Source: Eledone cirrhosa (Eukaryota). Taken from it: DNA of 64,000 nucleotides. The stretch is taken from positions 17,112,001-17,176,000 of the forward strand of contig OZ024759.1 in NCBI GenBank assembly GCA_964016885.1. The letters are read 5' to 3'. The position numbers were made by a program, and so were the translations under genes. Each line of letters opens with the position of its first letter. Within the stretch, counting starts at the first letter, position 1. Shown piece after piece: positions 43,106-56,027 of this stretch. The notes beneath the pieces are model-generated. The model was not told where the DNA came from and searched no databases. It was given only the letters and a program-made list of their open reading frames with translations.

Positions 43106-43636
43106 GACTATATATATGTGTTTGTGTCTATATTATATCTGTATTTTTGACCGTTGGTCAGTCAATGGTAACATTGAGAACCGAATAAATTAAATTAACC
43201 GATATAAAGGACACAAGCGAAAACCAGACACACGATTTCATATCAAAAACCTCGCAAAACTAATTCATCGCCGTTATATATATATATATATATATATATA
43301 AATTAATTAATTCTATCGTGCAATGCCTGTGCGTGAAGATATTTTTTAAAGTGAGGAAAGACTGTGCACTGAGCCAATCCCACTCGCTGAGCAACAGTAG
43401 CTATAACCCGAAAAGAAGAAAAGATCAACATCATCGGTTACTACTGAGCCGCAGGTTTTATATCGGAGGGATCCCAGTTTCCTGAGTTGCCTTCTCCTAG
43501 AAGAATGCCCTGACAAAGGCGAGTTTGAAATTAATAATAGAAGCTTTCGCCTTATTTTTGACTAAAGAAATTTTAGCCTGATAGTGGGGTTTAGAACCCT
43601 CTAAGAAATGGAAAAAGATGTGTATTGACATACATG

Positions 43637-43675
<39 letters not shown>

Positions 43676-44264
43676 ACACATTATTAGCTATTTGAAAAGA
43701 TGATGGATTTCGCAACTAACTGCACCAGGATTCCTGAATTCTGGGGCATGAGAGTGAGATCCGTCATCTCGACAGTAGTCGACGAATGATGATGACGACG
43801 ACGCATCATCAACATCACCCCCCCCCACTCCCGGCTAGGTGCTGTGAGCCTTTATCTGGGTGAAACAGGTTTCGATTCCTCGTAGCGGCCAGTGACAACT
43901 TTAAGGGTCTTCAGGATTAGTTTAGAAGCTGTTTTATAGCAACTCCACGCATGAGCATTAATAAAGTATTAACTTCATCTCCTCAGCACATCGTAAAAGT
44001 GAGATCGGCTACATACATAATCACACGCGCGCACCCACACACTCACATACATGTGAAGGCGTTTAGTGTAGTGGTTAGAACGTTGTGAGAAAGATATATT
44101 CAAGTAGAATCGACCCCAATATTGGACTGGTACTTTTTTTTATCGACCTATGAAGGATAAAAGGCAAAGTTGACCGCGGCAGGTTTTAAACTTAGAGCTC
44201 AGTGAACCGGAAAAAACATCGCAAAGCCTGCTATCCGACATTCTACCGACCTTACTAATTTACT

Positions 44265-44365
<101 letters not shown>

Positions 44366-44397
44366 TAACTTTTACCGTGAAAAAATTAAACTTCTGT

Positions 44398-44912
44398 GCC
44401 TTAGTCTTAGGTTCTTCCACGCCGTTCGGCGCATCGAGCAGTAATACTCGCCAACCGTCACGATCAGCGGCGGCGTTTTCGCATCCATGCCAAGTGATGT
44501 TGGCTGCCATCCGGTCTTTTCGGAACGTTCGTCGCCAGGTGATCCTGGGGCAACCCCGCCTCCGTTTGTCGCCAGGTGGAGTCCAGTTCATCGCTGTTTT
44601 CGAGTGTCGTTCGTCGGGCAGGCGCAGAATATAGCCAGCCAGGCGGCACCGGCGCTCCAAGACCATCCTCAGTGGCGTCCATGACTCGGATCTTTGCAGG
44701 ATTTCTTCGTTTCACAGTCGGTCGCGCCAGGACACACGAAGGATCATTCGCAGGCACTACTGGTGGAAAGCGTTCAGCCGTCCCTGATGAGTCCCCTGGT
44801 CGTGCCGGGCACCTCATCGTGGTGAAAGGGTGCCAACCACAGATCTCAGTGGGCAAAGAAACGGCAAATGCAGGAGGCAGGCGTCGGGTTAGCAACTCGG
44901 CACTGCTGTAAA
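44398..44912 (-). mobile_element. GC-rich RTE-clade LINE 3' fragment
   Basis: RLNAFHQ*CLRMILRVSWRD, RRCRLAGYILR, WTPPGDKRRRGCPRITWRRT, AADRDGWR. CTAAGA-type tail. Confidence 0.85.
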
Positions 44913-45027
44913 ATTTAAAATCGCTAAAGAAACTTCTGTATTTTATATATATATATATATATATAAAATATTAAAAAAATAATGAATAAAACAATGAAAC
45001 AGTTCCTTATATTAAACAAAAAAAGTT

Positions 45028-45178
45028 CATTATTTAACGATCGTTTCTAGGATATATATGTGTTAGAATTGGCATGCATATTCAACAGATCTATGTACAA
45101 AATTATACAAAATTATACAAACTATCAAGATTAAATATACATACCAAACACACATATATGCCGTCTTCAGAAATAATG
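45028..45178 (-). ncRNA. Type I hammerhead motif with very long (~115-nt) stem II, in fold-back element 44963-45435
   Basis: CATTATTT-CTGAAGA-[long hairpin]-GAAA-CGATCG-T-T-AAATAATG: 8-bp stem I, palindromic stem III. Confidence 0.75.
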
Positions 45179-45432
45179 TTGAATATGCATGCCAATTCTA
45201 ACACATATATATCCTAGAAACGATCGTTAAATAATGAACTTTTTTTGTTTAATATAAGGAACTGTTTCATTGTTTTATTCATTATTTTTTTAATATTTTA
45301 TCTTGACTCTGTATTCCGTTTATCTTTCACCGAAAGTGATTTTTCATTGCATCTCTTCTTTCCATGATATCCGGAATACATTGAGTTCTTCATACGGATT
45401 GGAAACTACCGTAAACTCTTGGTAGATTTATC

Positions 45433-45485
<53 letters not shown>

Positions 45486-45651
45486 GATATTAATAAATGG
45501 AAACTATATTTATAAAACCATTGGGGGGTGGATTTGTTTTAGATTTGAAAATTTTATCCAGATTTGAACTACTCCAAATACTTGTCGAGTGCTTTATATC
45601 AGTTATAAAAATATTTACTTGTTGTATCCCAACAATTTTAAATAAAACTTT

Positions 45652-45683
<32 letters not shown>

Positions 45684-45687
<4 letters not shown>

Positions 45688-45905
45688 TAACAGATTAAAG
45701 TTTAAGCAAAGAATCGCTGCTTTTACCCTTAACGGGATCTTCTGAAACTCAGATCCCGTTAAGGGTGAAAGCAACGATTCTTTGCTTAAACTTTAATCTG
45801 TTATTTTAATAAATATTTGCTCTAGGGTTCTTATATATTTTATATATATCTATCCTTATCGAGCCCTCTTTGGATTTTAGTCTTCACATTTATTATTATT
45901 ATTAT
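45684..45905. mobile_element. Fold-back element of the CAGAAGA-hammerhead family
   Basis: Homologous to 31336-31515 and 48930-49162. The minus-strand motif has GAAA mutated to AAAA. Confidence 0.8.
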
Positions 45906-47579
45906 GATATATATATATATGATGTGATGGTCTCTCTCGTCGATATCCGACGTATGAGTGTCCAACAAAAGTACAGCTCCCAGGATGGCAGTGGCTCATG
46001 TGACATTTCAATGCCACCAGTGACCCACAGACCAAACCATATAGGTGGCAGGAGCAAGAGTTTATGGGGAGTCTTGCACGTATCAAGGCCCGTTGCTTCG
46101 TTCCTGTTTATATTTATATATATATCCTATTTTCCCTGTGTTGTTTACTGTGGATTGGTACTATTTTTTTTATCAATCTCTGAAGGATGAAGGGCAAAGT
46201 TGACTTCGGTAGGATTTAAACTCAAGCCACAGAGAACCAGAACGAATACTGCAAAGTATTTTAACGACTCTGCCAATTTCCCTCCATTAAAAACTAATAG
46301 AAACACCTCATATACACACAAACATGGCACTCCCAATGCTATATATGGCTTCTATTTCGTAACTGAATTGCGTTACCATTCATGTGTTGTATCATTTATT
46401 CATTGAAAATAAAATTGTTTTGCTTGACAATATAGTGAAGAATCATTTATTCATTGATTTTCGTTTTGTTATTATTGTACTCTTATTTACTCCTGGGAAA
46501 TCAAAAGTCTGTCTTGTGGATAGTAAAATACTGAAACGAAAAAGTATTTGAATAACGAAACATAATAACTATGCGTAAATCGGATCAAACACATGACTTT
46601 GATCATTATAAATTTGTGTAATTTTCTTTCCTTAATTTTATATTGATTACAAACTGGAATAATTTAACTGATGGGAAAATAAGTTTGCATTACAAACTTA
46701 ACTTAACTACTTAATCCTTTTGATACTAAACCGCCCTAAACCACTTGTTCAACAATACAAAGTAGTTTCCGTAAAAGTGCTTATATTTATCTAAAACCCT
46801 CCTATCATAATTTTATGTATGAACCTTTGTTAACCCTTTCGTTTCCATATTTCTAATGATATACACTACCTGTTATTTTCAAATCATTTTGAAAATAATC
46901 GAGAATTTAAATGGATTTAGTGATTTAGCTAACGTTCCCATTATTTAAATTGGTATTTCGAACAAAATTTAACCCTTTTGATATTTAACTCCTGGTTGTA
47001 CGATACTAAGCTATTTATTTAAATGTATTCATATTTAAATTAAAACCTTTCGTTAATAGTTTATGTAAAACCTTTTTCTAAAGTTATATTCTAAACATCA
47101 ATTTATTAAAGAGGAATTTAGTTATATGAATAAAGAGCTTCAATTTCGTTAATATTTTCAAAATAACTTGAAAATTATAGGGAGTGTCTTTCGTTAGAAA
47201 GACGGTAATGTTAGAATGTTAGAAGTACAGTATTTTAACCACTGATTCACTCATCTGTCTTGGAGAGTATTTGTAGAGAATAAGTTTTGAATGGTAGTGT
47301 GGGGTGTGCCATGGATGCAGCAAAGTGGCACTAAGCTGCTTATAAGCCTACTACCTGTAAGTATCGGGTGGCAGACTTAATTCATCACCTTGACTAACCC
47401 CACCGTTTGGCCAACGGAAGTCTTTATTGCAGTTCACTTGGTTATAAACATTTGGACGAGGTCTCGATTGGTCATAACTTCTTCCCTACCACTCACTAAT
47501 ATTCGAAGTTATGGAAACGGTCATTGCAGTTATTCTTTCATCTCTTACTAAACAGTAAAAGAAAATATACGACACACAC

Positions 47580-47626
<47 letters not shown>

Positions 47627-47634
<8 letters not shown>

Positions 47635-48021
47635 TAAGAGGAATTCCAACTTTGTCTGATTTACTCGTTTTATTTACAATCCTTTAAAATATATATAATG
47701 GTATTATAATGAAATAGTATGATAGAATATTAAATTCTAAGTGTTAATTGAACAAGTACTTTCATGCTTTCGCAATCTTCAGGTTCATAATATGTGGTGA
47801 CAGTCGAGTTTGCAATTTTCAACTGTTGAAAATTGCAAACTCGACTGTCACCACATATTATGAACCTGAAGATTGCGAAAGCATGAACGTACTTGTTCAA
47901 TTAACACTTAGAATTTAATATTCTATCATACTATTTCATTATAATACCATTATATATATTTTAAAGGATTGTAAATAAAACGAGTAAATCAGACAAAGTT
48001 GGAATTCCTCTTATTAATATA
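47627..48021. mobile_element. Near-perfect ~395-bp palindrome abutting (TA)n
   Basis: ~196-bp arms centred on TTTTCAAC-T-GTTGAAAA. One arm mismatch seen (GAAAGTAC vs GAACGTAC). Confidence 0.9.
47749..47787 (-). ncRNA. Minimal type I hammerhead ribozyme motif
   Basis: TGAAC-CTGAAGA-T-TGC-GAAA-GCA-T-GAAA-GTAC-T-T-GTTCA: GNRA-capped stem II, palindromic AGTACT stem III. The + copy at 47861-47899 has GAAC. Confidence 0.82.
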
Positions 48022-48488
48022 ATCTTCTATACACAATCATACACACCCGTGTATATTTACCTATCTATATCTATATATATATATATATATTAAGTGTATT
48101 GAGTTCAAAACTCAAGCATTCCTTTACAATGAAATAGCTCAAAGAAAAAAATATTTCTGAGCCGTGTAATACAAGTAAATATAAATTAATATATATGATG
48201 AAACACAAATACCAACATATCTGTGTTTATATTGTAAAAGAAATTAAGTTCTTAATTTCTTTTACAACTTAATTTCTTTTACAATATAAACACAGATATG
48301 TTGGTATTTGTGTTTCATCATATATATTAATTTATATTTACTTGTATATATATATATATAGTGGTAGAACACTGGAAGGTAATATCCGTAGTGGTAGAGC
48401 ACTCAGTCCATGGGACGAGTTAGGTAGAAGTGCTTACACAACAGTTAGTTCACCATACCGAGAACAATTGTTTCACCTTAGTGGATTA

Positions 48489-48526
48489 CGAGCTGAGGAT
48501 CCGCTAAGGTAAAACAATTGTTCTCG
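48489..48526 (+). ncRNA. Hammerhead motif with G12 mutated, in fold-back element 48361-48560
   Basis: CGAG-CTGAGGA-TCC-GCTAA-GGT-AAAA-CAATTG-T-T-CTCG. The inverted arm retains GAAA at this position. Confidence 0.62.
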
Positions 48527-48558
48527 GTATGGTGAACTAAGTGTTGTGTAACCACTTC

Positions 48559-48619
<61 letters not shown>

Positions 48620-48879
48620 AAGGCATGTATTGACTTAGAAACTCAAAATGGTCTCTTAGAATAAATTAGCTCTAGGAAAGAGGTTTTTCCGAGCCGTATA
48701 ATATAACTGAACAGTTACCACAATTGTGGTTTGTATTTATTTTTCTTGATTTATTCTTAAATTGAGTATGGTAAACCCTATTGCCTGTAGTTAGTATTCT
48801 TTTCACCTTAACGAATCTGGTCCCTTACGATTGAACACATATATGTATATGTCTGCGTTCGTTTTTCTTTTTTGTTCAG

Positions 48880-48929
<50 letters not shown>

Positions 48930-48950
48930 TTATTAAAATAACAGATTAAA

Positions 48951-49050
48951 GTTTAAGCAAAGAATTGCTGCTTTCACCCTTAACGGGATCTTCTGAAACA
49001 GTTTCAGAAGATCCCGTTAAGGGTGAAAGCAGCGATTCTTTGCTTAAACT
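48951..49050. ncRNA. Back-to-back pair of CAGAAGA-core hammerhead-like motifs
   Basis: 48951-48999 (-) and 49000-49050 (+): GTTT-CAGAAGA-TCCC-GTTAA-GGGT-GAAA-GCA...TGC-T-T-AAAC. Confidence 0.62.
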
Positions 49051-49157
49051 TTAATCTGTTGTTTTAATAAATATTTGCTCTACGGTTCTTATATATCTGA
49101 TATATATTTATCCTTATCGAGCCCTCTTTGGATTTTAGTCTTCAAATTTATTATTAT

Positions 49158-49225
<68 letters not shown>

Positions 49226-49229
49226 CTAT

Positions 49230-49425
49230 TTTATATAGAAATTACTTCTACAGGACTAGAACTGTTTCATTCGTATGAAAACATCAGGAATATTCTGATG
49301 ATTTCATACGAATGAAACAGTTCTACTCATGTAGAATTAATTTGTATATAAAATTAAAAAAATGACTATACTGTACCAATGTATTGAGTACCTTTGTAAC
49401 GGCGACACAAATTGGAATCTACATA
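49230..49425. mobile_element. Fold-back element with two diverged hammerhead motifs (family of 42217)
   Basis: CTGATGA-TTTC-ATAC-GAAT-GAAA-CA...TG-T-A-GAA on +, CTGATGT variant on -. Tail with GTATTGAGTAC. Confidence 0.7.
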
Positions 49426-49447
49426 TTATATATATATATATATATAT

Positions 49448-49632
49448 AGGAAAAGAGTCAGGAACCCCGACGGCTGAGCTCCGGCCGTTTCGGCAGCTAG
49501 TTCTGCACTAGTTGTCGAAACGGCCGGAGCTCAGCCGTCGGGGTCCTGACTCTTTTTCTATTACCCACTCTACTACCCAAAGTTTCGAGTACTCTGGTGC
49601 GTTATAGTGCACCTTACCACACTTCCTTCGTT
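49448..49632. mobile_element. GACGGC-family fold-back element in (TA)n
   Basis: Inverted arms sharing CTCCGGCCG variants, plus a one-sided tail. Confidence 0.85.
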
Positions 49633-49692
49633 ATATATATATATATATATATATATATACGTTATTCCGGGTTGAATCGGAGGTAACCACAT

Positions 49693-49751
49693 GATGAGAT
49701 TCCTGATGATTTCTAATGAATGAAACAGTTCTAGTCCTGTAGAATCTCATC
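49693..49751 (+). ncRNA. Type I hammerhead ribozyme motif
   Basis: GATGAGATTC-CTGATGA-TTTC-TAAT-GAAT-GAAA-CAG-TTCTAGTC-CTG-T-A-GAATCTCATC: 10-bp stem I, 4-bp stem III. Confidence 0.85.
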
Positions 49752-49764
49752 TATATTAAAACTG

Positions 49765-49817
<53 letters not shown>

Positions 49818-50774
49818 CTTTTGCTTTACTGAACGCAGGTTATTGTCTCGTCTTATCTGATGGCTACGACTGCTCTCTGTGTGGATTTATCAACAGATGT
49901 AAAATATATTGATTTCTATAAAATAAAGCCAAAATTTATTTGCTGAACATTTTGAATCAACCAGAATGTACATATAAAAACATAAAAAAAACTCGCCACA
50001 AACACCCCCAACGAAACAATGACGATCAACAATAGACATAGAAACACATTCAAAGCGATATATATATAAAAATGGAAAACATAGTAATCTCATATGTGGT
50101 ATTAAAATTTATATAAATCAGTAATAACATTTATTTATCTTGTGTAAGAAGAGCCGGCACAATTGGATCCCATAATTTTCTTTTCGATATCATAAAAATC
50201 TTTCTGTTACTGATATGAAGAAATAAAAAACAACAAAAAAAGCCCCCCCCCCCCCCCAAAAAAAAAAACAATACAAAAAAAAAAAACAAAAACAAAAAAC
50301 AACAACTAGCTAAAATTCAAACAAAAACAAACTGAAACAATATTGATAAATAAATACAGAGCAAAGCTTTAATAAAAAAAAATCATATGCAAATAATTGA
50401 TTCTGATATATATATATTTTCTTTTCTGTGGCATATGGTAATATTGACTAGAAACTTTGATATGTTTGGCATTAAAATATATTAAATTAAATAACAAAAA
50501 CTGTTTGAATTTGAAAAAGAAATATAGTTAGAACAATAAATTCTAGTTACTACGGGTAAAATGTACAATTATCTTCTCTTATTTTTCTTTAATGTAGTTC
50601 GGTATATGTTTTTTTGTTTTTCTTTAAAATAATTCATTTCATCATCTATACTGTATCGTACATGGAAAAATGTCCAAAGTGATATTATATATCTTTTATA
50701 CATATATAAATATTTATATATATTATACATGTATGTATGTACATACACACACAAATATATATACATATATGTAC

Positions 50775-50849
<75 letters not shown>

Positions 50850-51509
50850 CCCCCACACTCTCTGTATATGTATATCCTCTGCTGTATCCACAACAGTTTT
50901 AGTATCACTATTTAATTTTTGAAACAAAACCGTAAAAGAAATCTAGATTAATGTACAGCTCATTGGAGGATTTTTTTTTTCTTTACAAATTTTTCTTTTA
51001 TCTCCTCTTTTTAATATTTATGAGATAGTTCTAAATTCTCATGATTGTCTATTTTACTACTGCTGTTGTTTTCGTGTTGTAGATCTGATTTTTTCCCCCT
51101 CAGATTGTTAGGGGTAGATAGATATATTCAATATATTATTTACACACGTATAGCTACTTTTTTTGTTCGGTTCTTTTACAGATTCCAAATGAAAATTGTC
51201 CATTAAAAATGTCGGCAAAATACAGAAATCTTGTAGCCAATATTATAACCAACAATCACTGTCAATTCGACTCATACATAGGAGCAATGGGAGCTCTTTA
51301 ATGTCATTGACAAAGAGAAATTGAATAAGGTATAAACTGGATGTGGTTACCAAACCGTGTGCCTCGGTGAACACGTGTGACACAAGATGTAATTAAGTGC
51401 GCCGCGAAAAAGCAAAAATTCTATTTCAAAACGTGAGGAATACAAATTAGAAATTCGTAATAAAGTTCATATATAAATGTCAAAGGTGCTGAATCTTTTA
51501 TTTACAACA

Positions 51510-52047
51510 ATAATTGTTTCTACTTTAGGCACAAGGCCAGCAATTACCAGTGCATTACTGGTACTTTATTTTATCAACCCCGTAAGGATGAAAGGCAAAG
51601 TCAACCTCGGCGGGATTTGGACAACAATAATAATAATTGTTTCTACTTTTGGCACAAGGCCACAATTACCCAGTACATTACTGGTATTTTATTTATTCGA
51701 GCCCGTAAGGATGAAAGGCAAAGTTAACCTCGGCGGGATTTGAACTCAGAATGTCAAGGGTCGTAACTCTATGCTGGAAAGCATGGCGTTCAACCCTCTA
51801 CCGATACTGCCATTCCACCGCCCTACAACAATAATAATAACAATGGTTTCTTATATAGGCACAAGGCCAGTAATTTGGGGGGAGGGGAGTCGATTAAATC
51901 GACCCCAGTGCGTGACTGGTACTTTTTTTTATCGACCCCGTAAGGATGAAAGGCAAAGTTAACAATGGCGGGATTTGAACTTAGAACGTAAAGAGCCATA
52001 ACTCTATGCTGCAAAGCATCGTGTCTGACGCTCTACCAATACTGCCA
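51510..52047 (-). mobile_element. Tandem array of three SINE copies
   Basis: Three cores separated by ACAACAATAATAAT linkers. Confidence 0.85.
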
Positions 52048-52049
52048 AT

Positions 52050-52510
52050 AACAACAGTAATAAAAAAAAAGAAAAGGAAAATATAGAGAAAAAAGACAAA
52101 AAGAAAGAAAAAGAACGGGAAGGGCAGGGATGGCAAGATTTCTGGTGTTGCAGAAGAGAGAGGAGGGGTTAAGTGGAGGGTGATTGGGCTTTGGGCCTAG
52201 GGCATGGGAGCAGAAGGACTGCGCCCCGCGAACAATGGCCAGAGACAGCCGCTGCAACAGCTACCCAACCTCGCGGGGCTCCCTCTTCAGACGGGCCGCC
52301 GACGTTCCGATCTTGCGGAGGAGCTTGGCTGTACGGGTCCAAGTACGCCTGAGGTCTCGACGGCGACCGGTACGAAGGGGAAGCGGTCGGGAAAGCCCTG
52401 GTATTTCTTTATTTTACGTTCTTCTGTGAGGCGAGCCGCGATGGCGGGGTTTGTGGCCGAAGCGACTAAGTTGGAGGCGGAGAACGTGTCGCAGCAGGTT
52501 GTGAGGAAAC
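52050..52510 (-). mobile_element. CRE-like non-LTR retrotransposon 3' fragment (RLE C-terminus), GC-rich
   Basis: DTFSASNL...AARLTEERKIKKY...FVPVAVETSGVLG...LLRKIG...EPRE..LLQRLSLAIVRG, with one frameshift and one stop. Confidence 0.8.
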
Positions 52511-53008
52511 AACTAAACTAAGAATGAAAATATTCCATAAAAAACACCAAATACATGTTTCTTATTGATCATTTTCCTCCATTTATTGACTAAAGAAATG
52601 ATGTACAAATAATTTTTCAGTATTTTCAATTACTTATGTGTCTATTTCCTGCTACGTTCTCCATCCTGTCAGTCGGGACCCTGAGGCGGACGACATATTA
52701 GGGTAGGAGTAAGGTGGCAGTCTTTAGACGAAAGGGTTAATAACACTGACACAAGCATGAGCACATCATTCTTTATATTAACTTATCCCCTCAGCACATC
52801 GTAAAAGTGAGATCGGCTACACACACACACACACACAGCTCACACTCACAAAAGAATAGTACTTAACTGATACTTTATTTTATCGACTATGTCTAACTAT
52901 CTCTAATAACTTTGCTAAATTTATTGACTTACGTAACAAGTATTATACAAACAATTTCCCGTATTTTCAATTAATTGTGTATCTACGTTACTTTATACTT
53001 AATATATA

Positions 53009-53109
53009 CAGGATATCCCACAAAAATGTATACACACTTTGATTACCTGTACAGGCAATATTTATTAGAATGCTGTTGAAGTGTGTATACATTTTTTGGG
53101 GACACCCTG
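53009..53109. mobile_element. Tc1/mariner-type mini-MITE
   Basis: TA-CAGGATATCCCACAAAAATGTATACACAC ... GTGTGTATACATTTTTTGGGGACACCCTG-TA. Confidence 0.75.
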
Positions 53110-54144
53110 TATAAACACCTGTAACTTTGCTCAATTTATTGACTTACATAAGAATGACAAATAATTTTACTGTAATATTAATTATGCCAGGAGTTGCAAC
53201 CGGTAGATAATATAAGCATTTGTAAAGATCAATGGAAACATTTTTTCCTTGGTCATCTCTGCTGAGTTCCTTCTCACTCTGTAAGCGAATGAAGTCTGGG
53301 ATCTTGTCGATTCCGATTAATTATTGTATTCGTGCTTTATCCTTGGCATTCTTTTGAATGTATTTTCGAATTTAAAGTAGAAATTGCGCCATCTCACCTT
53401 TCTACCAACGGTCAATCACACAAGAAAGCATGATTCGTAAAAAGAAGACGCTCCGATTTCTCTTTGTTCTGCCTTTGAAAAAGAGATTCTAACACTGAAA
53501 TATTATGAAACGGTCCTTTATGGTCTGAGTTCAAATCCCGCCGAGGTTAACTTTGCCTTTCATCCTTACGGGGTCGATGAAATAAAGTACCAGTAATGCA
53601 CTGGGATAATTGCTGGCCTTGTGCCAAAAGTAGAACAATTATGAAATATAGAGGCAAAAGCTATTGTTTTCTTTTGCCACTCTTACTTTATTCTACTCTA
53701 GTTCCACCATAATATTTCCTATTTTCATTGCACCGGATTTCCTAATACATTCTTAATAAATCATTTTTTATTTAAAAACTTTCCATCATAATTTTATGTT
53801 TAAGCTGGTATTATAGACTTGAGGTTAAAATGTCTAAGGAAAGAATCGTTGACAGAATTTACGAGCAAAGCCTACCGGCAGGAGACCCTGTGTTCGGCCA
53901 CAAGCAGGATGGTTGGATAACATCCATGAGCTCGGTTTGTTTCTCATGGAGATCCAACCAGATCATTTGGAGACGGTTGCTTCTGATAATACACCATGGA
54001 ATGCGTGTTTGAGAACTCTGCCCCAACGACCCTTCCAGATATAAGTGGGCAAAAAACTTTTGTTATGTTCAAAGCTCCAGCTTATTTCGCCTAATCCCAC
54101 AGAATCCATGGCTATATTTACAATTAGTACTGACTCTGTACACA

Positions 54145-54185
<41 letters not shown>

Positions 54186-54440
54186 ATTTACCTAGTTGAT
54201 GTTGTCTAAATTCCAATGAAAGAGTCTTGTCTCTGTGTTAGAAAACGACTCTCTCTCTAATGGCGGAAATTGATGAAAATTAAATAAAACCAGAAGAAAA
54301 TCTATACATACAGACAGACAGACACACACACACACACACACGTACGTACATACATACATAAATAAATACATACATATATACAGACAGAAACACAGACACA
54401 CACTTACGCACACACACACATATATATATATATATACATA

Positions 54441-55531
54441 TGGTGGCTGCCAACTCGTTTTCGAGTACGGCCACTACTTTATATCCATGTAGGAGAACTC
54501 CTACCGATGCGCTGAACGAGTGTGACTTTTTAGTCCAGCCAGCGACTTGAAAACTCTGGTACAAACACTACACTTGTGACAATTATTGACACATAGTGCT
54601 GGGCCCATGGTACCATGTGACGACAAGTGCAGAGAGATCTCCAGATATAAGGCAATGCCTGTGCCGTGAAGCTTTTATAGTGAGCAAAGGCACTGCACAA
54701 AGCCAGTCCCACTCTCTTAACCAAGATGATATTTACCAAAAAGAAGAACAATTCAACATCATTGGATACCATCAGGGTTGCAGGTGTTATATCAGAGTTT
54801 TCCTTCTCCTAGAATTCTGCCTTGACAAAGGCTAAGGGGTCATCTCTCCCGGTGATTTTGGATGGCCATTGACTCTTAAGAGCTCCTTTGCCCTTTGACA
54901 GGTTTTGTTTTTAGGCCTGCAGGATATCCAAAGTCACCCTATACATACATATATACATACATACATACATACATATATACATACATACATACATGGTGGC
55001 TGCCAACTCGTTTTCGAGTATGGCCACTACTTTATATCCATGTAGAAGCCCTACCGATGCGCTAAACAAGTGTGACTTTTTAGTCCAGCCAGCGACTTGA
55101 AAACTCTGGTACAAACACTACACTTGTGACAATTATTGACACATAGTGCTAGGCCCATGGTACCATGTGACGACAAGTGCAGAGAGATCTCCAGATATAA
55201 AGCAATGCCTGTGCTGTGAAGCTTTTATAGTGAGCAAAGGCACTGCACAAAGCCAGTCCCACTCTCTTAACCAAGATGATATTTACCAAAAAGAAGAACA
55301 ATTCAACATCATTGGATACCATCAGGGTTGCAGGTGTTATATCAGAGTTTTCCTTCTCCTAGAATTCTGCCTTGACAAAGGCTAAGGGGTCATCTCTCCC
55401 GGTGATTTTGGATGGCCATTGACTCTTAAGAGCTCCTTTTCCCTTTGACAGGTTTTGTTTTTAGGCCTGCAGGATGTCCAAAGTCACCCCATACATACAT
55501 ACATACATACATACATACATACATACATACA

Positions 55532-55565
<34 letters not shown>

Positions 55566-55660
55566 GCAAGCTTGGTGGGGTTGCCGGTTTAGTCGCCGAC
55601 CCCCCGACCATGAGACAGGTTGTACTGGGATACATGTTACCAGTAGCACCTGGTGACCTG
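54441..55660 (-). mobile_element. Tandem copies of the (CATA)n-associated ~500-bp repeat
   Basis: 54441-54940 and 54994-55490 are near-identical, separated by (CATA)n. Module at 55565-55660. Matches 7152-7830. Confidence 0.8.
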
Positions 55661-56027
55661 ACATATATACATATACATACATATATACACGCATACATAC
55701 ATCTAACCAGCCAGCCAATCAGCGAGCCGGTCAGCCATACATACATACAAACAAACATCCATACATAGATACGTACACAGACACAGTAAACAAACATACA
55801 TACATAAATAAATAAATACACGCATACACACACACACACACACACACTTAAATACATACATATATACATACATAAATACACACACACTTAAATACATACA
55901 TACACACGCATATATACATCCATACATACACATACATATATACATCCATACACACATATATATATATATATATATACATCCATACGTACATACACACAAA
56001 CATATACACATCCATACATTTAATGAT

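Noticed and set aside
47627-48021. Palindromes as assembly or amplification chimeras
   Set aside because: Arms carry mismatches, recur as families with consistent TA-defined ends, and centre on ribozyme motifs. An artefact is unlikely but only raw reads can fully exclude it.
51182-51301. Possible + strand terminal exon (IPNENCPLKMSAKYRNLVANIITNNHCQFDSYIGAMGAL*) after a good acceptor
   Set aside because: No recognisable domain or partner exons, so it cannot be supported from sequence alone.
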